From NCBI RefSeq assembly GCF_000039765.1, contig NC_004460.2:780001-812000 (forward strand): a DNA stretch of 32,000 nucleotides, read 5' to 3'. This document shows, piece by piece, positions 27,954 through 32,000 of the stretch. A program made the position numbers and the translations under genes. The notes under the pieces are model-generated. The model was not told where the DNA came from. It saw only the letters and a list, made by a program, of their open reading frames with translations, and did no database searches. How positions within the stretch are numbered: position 1 is the first letter of the stretch; each line of letters opens with the position of its first letter. Origin of the DNA: Vibrio vulnificus CMCP6. GTDB taxonomy: Bacteria > Pseudomonadota > Gammaproteobacteria > Enterobacterales > Vibrionaceae.

Positions 27954-29130
27954 TTAGAAAGTGAACGCTAAATTACCCGATACACCAAATTGGTTTTCAC
28001 CTGCATAGCTACCCGCAATGTCGAGGCTAACGACATCAAAGGGACTAATACCAATACCGGCTGTGAAGGCGTTTTCGACCGTGTCTTCTAGGTCAATTTC
28101 GTAACCCGCGCGCAACTGAGCCCAGCCCCATGCGTTGCCTTCCACCCCAAAACGCACAAATTGGGTTTCATCATCAAGCGACTTAAAACGCTCTTGTTTG
28201 GTCAAATCCAAATCCATCGCAGCGGTAAAGAAATCTGAGCGGTAAGCCACGCCAGCAGAAACTTGTGTATTCAGCTCATACACATCTTGCTTTTGGCCAT
28301 TTTTGTCTTTCAAATCTATCTCTTGGCTCAATAAATCTTTCACCGCAAGCGCAACCTGAAATTTATCCTTTAACCACACCACGCCGAAATCCAAGTTAAA
28401 AGCACTTTCTTTATGCTCGCTCTCTTCGTAATCATCTAACTCAAAGTCAGCCACGGTTGGAACAACATAGTAGGTAGTCAATTGTTGGATTTTGGGTGTG
28501 ACACCGAAAGAGATTCGTTGCTCTTTAATCTCGAACTCTTTTGCCAAAGCCGCACCGTACTCAACATAACCGAAAGCCGCCATCGTCACCGATGAGTCTT
28601 CGTATCTTTTTTTAGTATCTGCGACCTCATTCCCAGGCCCTGTACTTAAGTAATCAGCGATGTTTGGCCTCGCTATCAACTCCAAATAGCCACGTGCAAA
28701 TAGATTGGTTGAGAATCGTTTGGTGGGAATCGCCACTGCCAACCCTAAGCTACTGCTTGCGGTAAGAGGAGCATTTCCTTGAAGATCGTCAAGATAACGG
28801 TTTAACTGGTCGATTTGGCCTGGAGAAGGTATGAGGGCCGCCTCAAATTCGTCAATTGAGTCTTGGAGATCGTCAATGGTTGCCAAGCTTTCATCACTGT
28901 CTCGAACATTGACACCAATAGCTGGCAAAAGCAGGCCAAAATCATCATGTTCTTCAAAACTGGCGACCAAAGCGGGATTATAGAAGGGGGCGGTAAGATA
29001 ATCAGCGGAGGCGACACCGGGTATTTCCCATACCACTACCGCGTCCATCTGCGACATGATTCGCTGCCAAAGAAGGGAGCGCCATCATAGACAAACCGAC
29101 TGCCACTGCAATTTTGTTCAGACGTTGCAT
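27954..29130 (-). pseudogene. TraF-like (TraF_2 family) outer-membrane beta-barrel protein with an apparent +1 frameshift just after the signal peptide
   Basis: The ATG at 29130 encodes MQRLNKIAVAVGLSMMALPSLAANHVADGRGSGMGNT and then runs out of frame, to a stop 5 codons later. The adjacent frame continues GVASADYLTAPFYNPALVA... through a 367-aa ORF that ends with the OMP-type terminus GNLAFTF. Removing one base from the GGG run at 29019-29021 restores about 391 aa. Confidence 0.7.
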
Positions 29131-29206
29131 TGTATTCAATCCTTGTAGTTATTTGTCGTCTAAATATTAGTAAAGACTTAACAAAATTACATTCAGATTA
29201 ATGATA

Positions 29207-29503
29207 TCAATCGCAAAATTTATCTAATTGCAGTAATAGATCACCTTTTACTAGGCGCTCTTTATCTTGTTTGCGCAAAGTTTTGATGTGGCGCTCTAGT
29301 TTCAGTGCCATACTTTTGCTGCCCACAGGTACACTCCAAACCAATTCTAATGGGCCTTTGCCTTTCAGCGCTTTTGCCCCTTTGCCTTGTTGGTGCATAC
29401 AAAAGCGTCGCTCTACATTATTGCTGATGCCGCAATAGAGCGCGTTAAGTCGTGTCCTGATCAGATAAACGGACCAATCAGGGCACGGTTCGGGAAGAGA
29501 CAT
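29207..29503 (-). CDS. GIY-YIG nuclease-superfamily protein (UPF0213, E. coli YhbQ-like)
   Basis: 98 aa. VYLIRTRLNALYCGISNNVERRFCMHQQGKGAKALKGKGPLEL closely parallels E. coli YhbQ (LYLIRT...[31 protein letters not shown]). Confidence 0.8.
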   Translation of the reverse strand: MSLPEPCPDWSVYLIRTRLNALYCGISNNVERRFCMHQQGKGAKALKGKGPLELVWSVPVGSKSMALKLERHIKTLRKQDKERLVKGDLLLQLDKFCD

Positions 29504-30165
29504 TAGAGAAGTGAGTTCACAAGTGACTTCAGTTCAGCAAGCTCTTGCTTCAATGCTTCCACTTCTGCTTCTAAATGAGCGACACGCTCATCATCAAACT
29601 GCGGAGTACTTGATGCTGTCATTAGAGCCGAACCTTGAAATGCATCGAGATCCACTTCGCCACAGAACTGATGCATATAACGTGATTCACGCTTACCAGG
29701 CTCAATAGGTAGCTTAACCACAAGCTGACCACGCTCTTCGCTCGCCAACTTATCTAATACGGTTTCGACTTCTTTAACATCTGCAAAGGTCGCCAAACGA
29801 TTGGTGCGCGTTCTCAACTCTCCCGGTGTTTGTGGCCCACGCAGCAACATACAACAAACAATGCCTTTTTCTTGCGCAGACAACTTGAGATCACCAAATT
29901 CCGTATTGCAGAATCGATGTTGATACTTGCTCACACGGCTATTAAAGCCACTTTCATCACTGACTAGACGACGTGAAATCAGTTGGTCGACAGCATCAAG
30001 AACTTCAGATTCCGACAAGGACATCACAGGCTCGCGATTACTCTTCTGATTACAGGCATTGGTCAATGCATTTAAGCTCAATGGATATTGGTCTGGCGTT
30101 GTGACTTCTTTTTCGATTAAACAACCAATGACACGGGCTTCAATGGGGGTCAACTCAGTTCTCAT
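29503..30165 (-). CDS. yceH: UPF0502/DUF480 protein (YceH family)
   Basis: MRTELTPIEARVIGCLIEKEVTTPDQYPLSLNALTNACNQKSNREPVM is the conserved YceH N-terminus. The start at ATG 30165 is preceded by AAGGAG, giving 220 aa. The ORF-track start at 30219 adds 18 unsupported residues. The stop overlaps the GIY-YIG start as TAATG. Confidence 0.85.
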   Translation of the reverse strand: MRTELTPIEARVIGCLIEKEVTTPDQYPLSLNALTNACNQKSNREPVMSLSESEVLDAVDQLISRRLVSDESGFNSRVSKYQHRFCNTEFGDLKLSAQEKGIVCCMLLRGPQTPGELRTRTNRLATFADVKEVETVLDKLASEERGQLVVKLPIEPGKRESRYMHQFCGEVDLDAFQGSALMTASSTPQFDDERVAHLEAEVEALKQELAELKSLVNSLL

Positions 30166-30230
30166 GTTGCTTCTCCTTATATATTTTCTTGCTTCACCAT
30201 AGCACGTTTCTAACCCCACATTGCAATGGG

Positions 30231-30440
30231 TTAATGCTCGGATATGAGAGTGAACTTGGTCAATTTGCCGTTTTCATCCACAACGACAATTTTGGAACGA
30301 TTCAATTCGACTTCGATGGTTTCGAGCTTCACTCTTTCATCGATGTAAGCAGATTTGAGCTTGAAGCTGGTTTTGGGGCACTCTTCGAGCACTTGCTCAT
30401 CGAAGATTTGCTCATCAAGTTGGGAACCATCGGACTTCAT
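30231..30440 (-). CDS. Small acidic hypothetical protein
   Basis: 69-aa ORF ending 65 nt upstream of yceH on the same strand. I recognise no family. Confidence 0.4.
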   Translation of the reverse strand: MKSDGSQLDEQIFDEQVLEECPKTSFKLKSAYIDERVKLETIEVELNRSKIVVVDENGKLTKFTLISEH

Positions 30441-30709
30441 ACTACTTGTCTATCATGCAGGTTTACTAAGTTGGCGCAGATAATATCTCTTTATGGGTCA
30501 GAAAGACAATTGCCTCGTTTTGAAGTGGCTTTTTCTTGACCAGACAAGCATTCGATTGATCTAAAGACTGTTATGAGTATGTATGATGTGCTTTAATCTC
30601 TGCAGGGTATGTTCGAGAATCACTTCAAGATGCTGATAAGAATGATCAAACACGCATCCTGAAGTTATTTTGCAATTTATCATTCACTTTTATTGAAGGT
30701 AAGGGACCT

Positions 30710-31024
30710 ATGAATACCGTATTTGAAATTGTTTCTCAGGCGCGCCGTAAGAACAAATTGAAACGTGAACTACTAGACAATGAAAAGAAAGTTCGCGATA
30801 ACCGCAAGCGTGTTGAGCTACTTGAGAACCTACTGGACTACATCAAGCCAAACATGTCTCAAGATGAGATCATGACCATTATTAAGAACATGAAAGCCGA
30901 TTACGAAGATCGCGTTGATGACCACATCATCAAAAGTGCAGAGATTTCTAAAGCACGCCGTGACATCAGCCGTCGTATTCGCGAACTCACCGAAGAAGAC
31001 AAGCAAGCAAGTGGCAAGAAATAA
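30710..31024 (+). CDS. yeeX: UPF0265/DUF496 protein (YeeX family)
   Basis: 104 aa. [39 protein letters not shown]...[27 protein letters not shown] parallels E. coli YeeX ([39 protein letters not shown]...[27 protein letters not shown]). Confidence 0.85.
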   Translation: MNTVFEIVSQARRKNKLKRELLDNEKKVRDNRKRVELLENLLDYIKPNMSQDEIMTIIKNMKADYEDRVDDHIIKSAEISKARRDISRRIRELTEEDKQASGKK

Positions 31025-31049
31025 GCCACAGCTTCAGCGATAACATCTC

Positions 31050-31078
31050 AGCCTCGCCATTTGCGGGGCTTTTTCTTT
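31050..31078 (+). terminator. Rho-independent terminator after yeeX
   Basis: AGCCTCGC (31050-31057) pairs with GCGGGGCT (31063-31070), including one G-U pair, and is followed by TTTTTCTTT. Confidence 0.75.
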
Positions 31079-31195
31079 GTCGCGTTTTGCTACCCCCAAA
31101 AGGTATTCATCCCCCAATGAATACCTTTCCTAACTATTAGGTTATTAATTTATCTTGCGCTAGACTAGCGATGGGTTCTGATTCAAACATTCGAT

Positions 31196-32000
31196 ATGAC
31201 AACTTCTAACACTTCTCTCGCTCGCCAACTTTTTACTATGACATGGCCAATGTTATTTGGTGTGCTCTCTTTAATGAGCTTTCAATTGGTTGACAGTGCC
31301 TTCATCGGGCAATTAGGTATACTTCCTTTGGCTGCACAAGGGTTTACCCTACCGCTGCAGATGGTCATCATCGGTATTCAAGTGGGTTTAGGTATTGCGA
31401 CGACTGCCGTCATCTCCAAAGCGCTAGGTGCAGAAAAACTTCAGTACGCTCGTCAACTCGCAGGGCTTATTTTGCTCATTGGTGCCGTAGGTGTGGCTCT
31501 GGTCTGTGTGATCATCTGGTTTTTACGACATGTGATTTTGTCGCTACTTGGGGCACCTGAAAGTGTCTATGCCGTCATCGACGCGTATTGGCCCTATTGG
31601 CTTATCAGCGCTTGGGTCGGCGCTATGCTTTATTTTTTCTACAGTATCTGCCGCTCGAATGGCAATACTATGCTGCCAGGCACCATGATGATGCTCACCA
31701 GCGGCTTAAACCTAGTGCTAGATCCGCTGTTTATTTTTACTTTCGATCTCGGTATCAATGGCGCCGCTCTGGCAACTATTGTAGCTTTTGGTATAGGGAT
31801 TATGATCGTCGCTCCGAAAGTGCATCGTCACTCATGGGTCAGCTTTGATCGTCATGATCTGGATGTCGTTAACAGTGTGAAAGCCGTTGGCCATATTATG
31901 GGACCAGCGATGATCAGCCAGTTGCTCCCGCCTCTCTCTTCGATGCTGGCGACCAAACTCATCGCGGGTTTTGGCACAGCAGCAATTGCATCATGGGCGC
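31196..32000 (+). CDS. MATE-family multidrug/efflux transporter; N-terminal part only, continuing beyond the window
   Basis: Hand translation from ATG 31196 stays open to the window end: MTTSNTSLARQLFTMTWPMLFGVLSLMSFQLVDSAFIGQLGILPLAAQGFTLPLQMVIIG.... This is the MATE-typical N-terminus (PM..G.......LVD..FIG.LG). It is absent from the ORF track because it is open-ended. Confidence 0.75.
   Translation, partial: MTTSNTSLARQLFTMTWPMLFGVLSLMSFQLVDSAFIGQLGILPLAAQGFTLPLQMVIIGIQVGLGIATTAVISKALGAEKLQYARQLAGLILLIGAVGVALVCVIIWFLRHVILSLLGAPESVYAVIDAYWPYWLISAWVGAMLYFFYSICRSNGNTMLPGTMMMLTSGLNLVLDPLFIFTFDLGINGAALATIVAFGIGIMIVAPKVHRHSWVSFDRHDLDVVNSVKAVGHIMGPAMISQLLPPLSSMLATKLIAGFGTAAIASWA

Overview
The window reads as ordinary Vibrio chromosomal DNA. 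My best guess is V. vulnificus or a close relative, of chromosome-II type, judged only from gene content and protein sequences I recognise.

Gene order, left to right:
(1) A sialic-acid (nan) catabolism cluster. It holds two tandem Kelch/NanM mutarotase paralogues, nanR (RpiR type), nanA and the SiaPQM TRAP transporter on the - strand, and divergent nanE-nanK-nagA on the + strand.
(2) An SgrR-family regulator.
(3) A PHB operon, phaB-phaA-phasin-phaC, on the - strand.
(4) A roughly 500-bp AT-rich gap with no ORF.
(5) vemP-secD-secF, the Sec-monitoring arrest peptide plus the SecDF paralogue.
(6) Three uncharacterised genes.
(7) A divergent Lrp/AsnC regulator and EamA exporter pair.
(8) A PilZ protein whose stop codon overlaps that of luxQ on the opposite strand, followed by luxP.
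(9) A TraF-like outer-membrane barrel, translationally coupled YceH and GIY-YIG genes, yeeX, and the start of a MATE efflux gene.

I saw no rRNA, tRNA, CRISPR array, IS element, integrase or phage gene, and no convincing novel multi-gene system.

The main points for a second look:
- Four genes (siaP, phaB, secF and the TraF-like OMP) are each broken by a single-base change in a 2-3 nt run. This suggests sequencing error or unusual gene decay.
- The ORF upstream of secD is a VemP-type arrest peptide.
- The second NanM paralogue has no signal peptide.
- Terminator-like hairpins sit inside three operons.
- The long AT-rich gap upstream of the pha operon contains palindromes.

All calls come from reading and hand-translating the sequence. 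No searches or computations were run.
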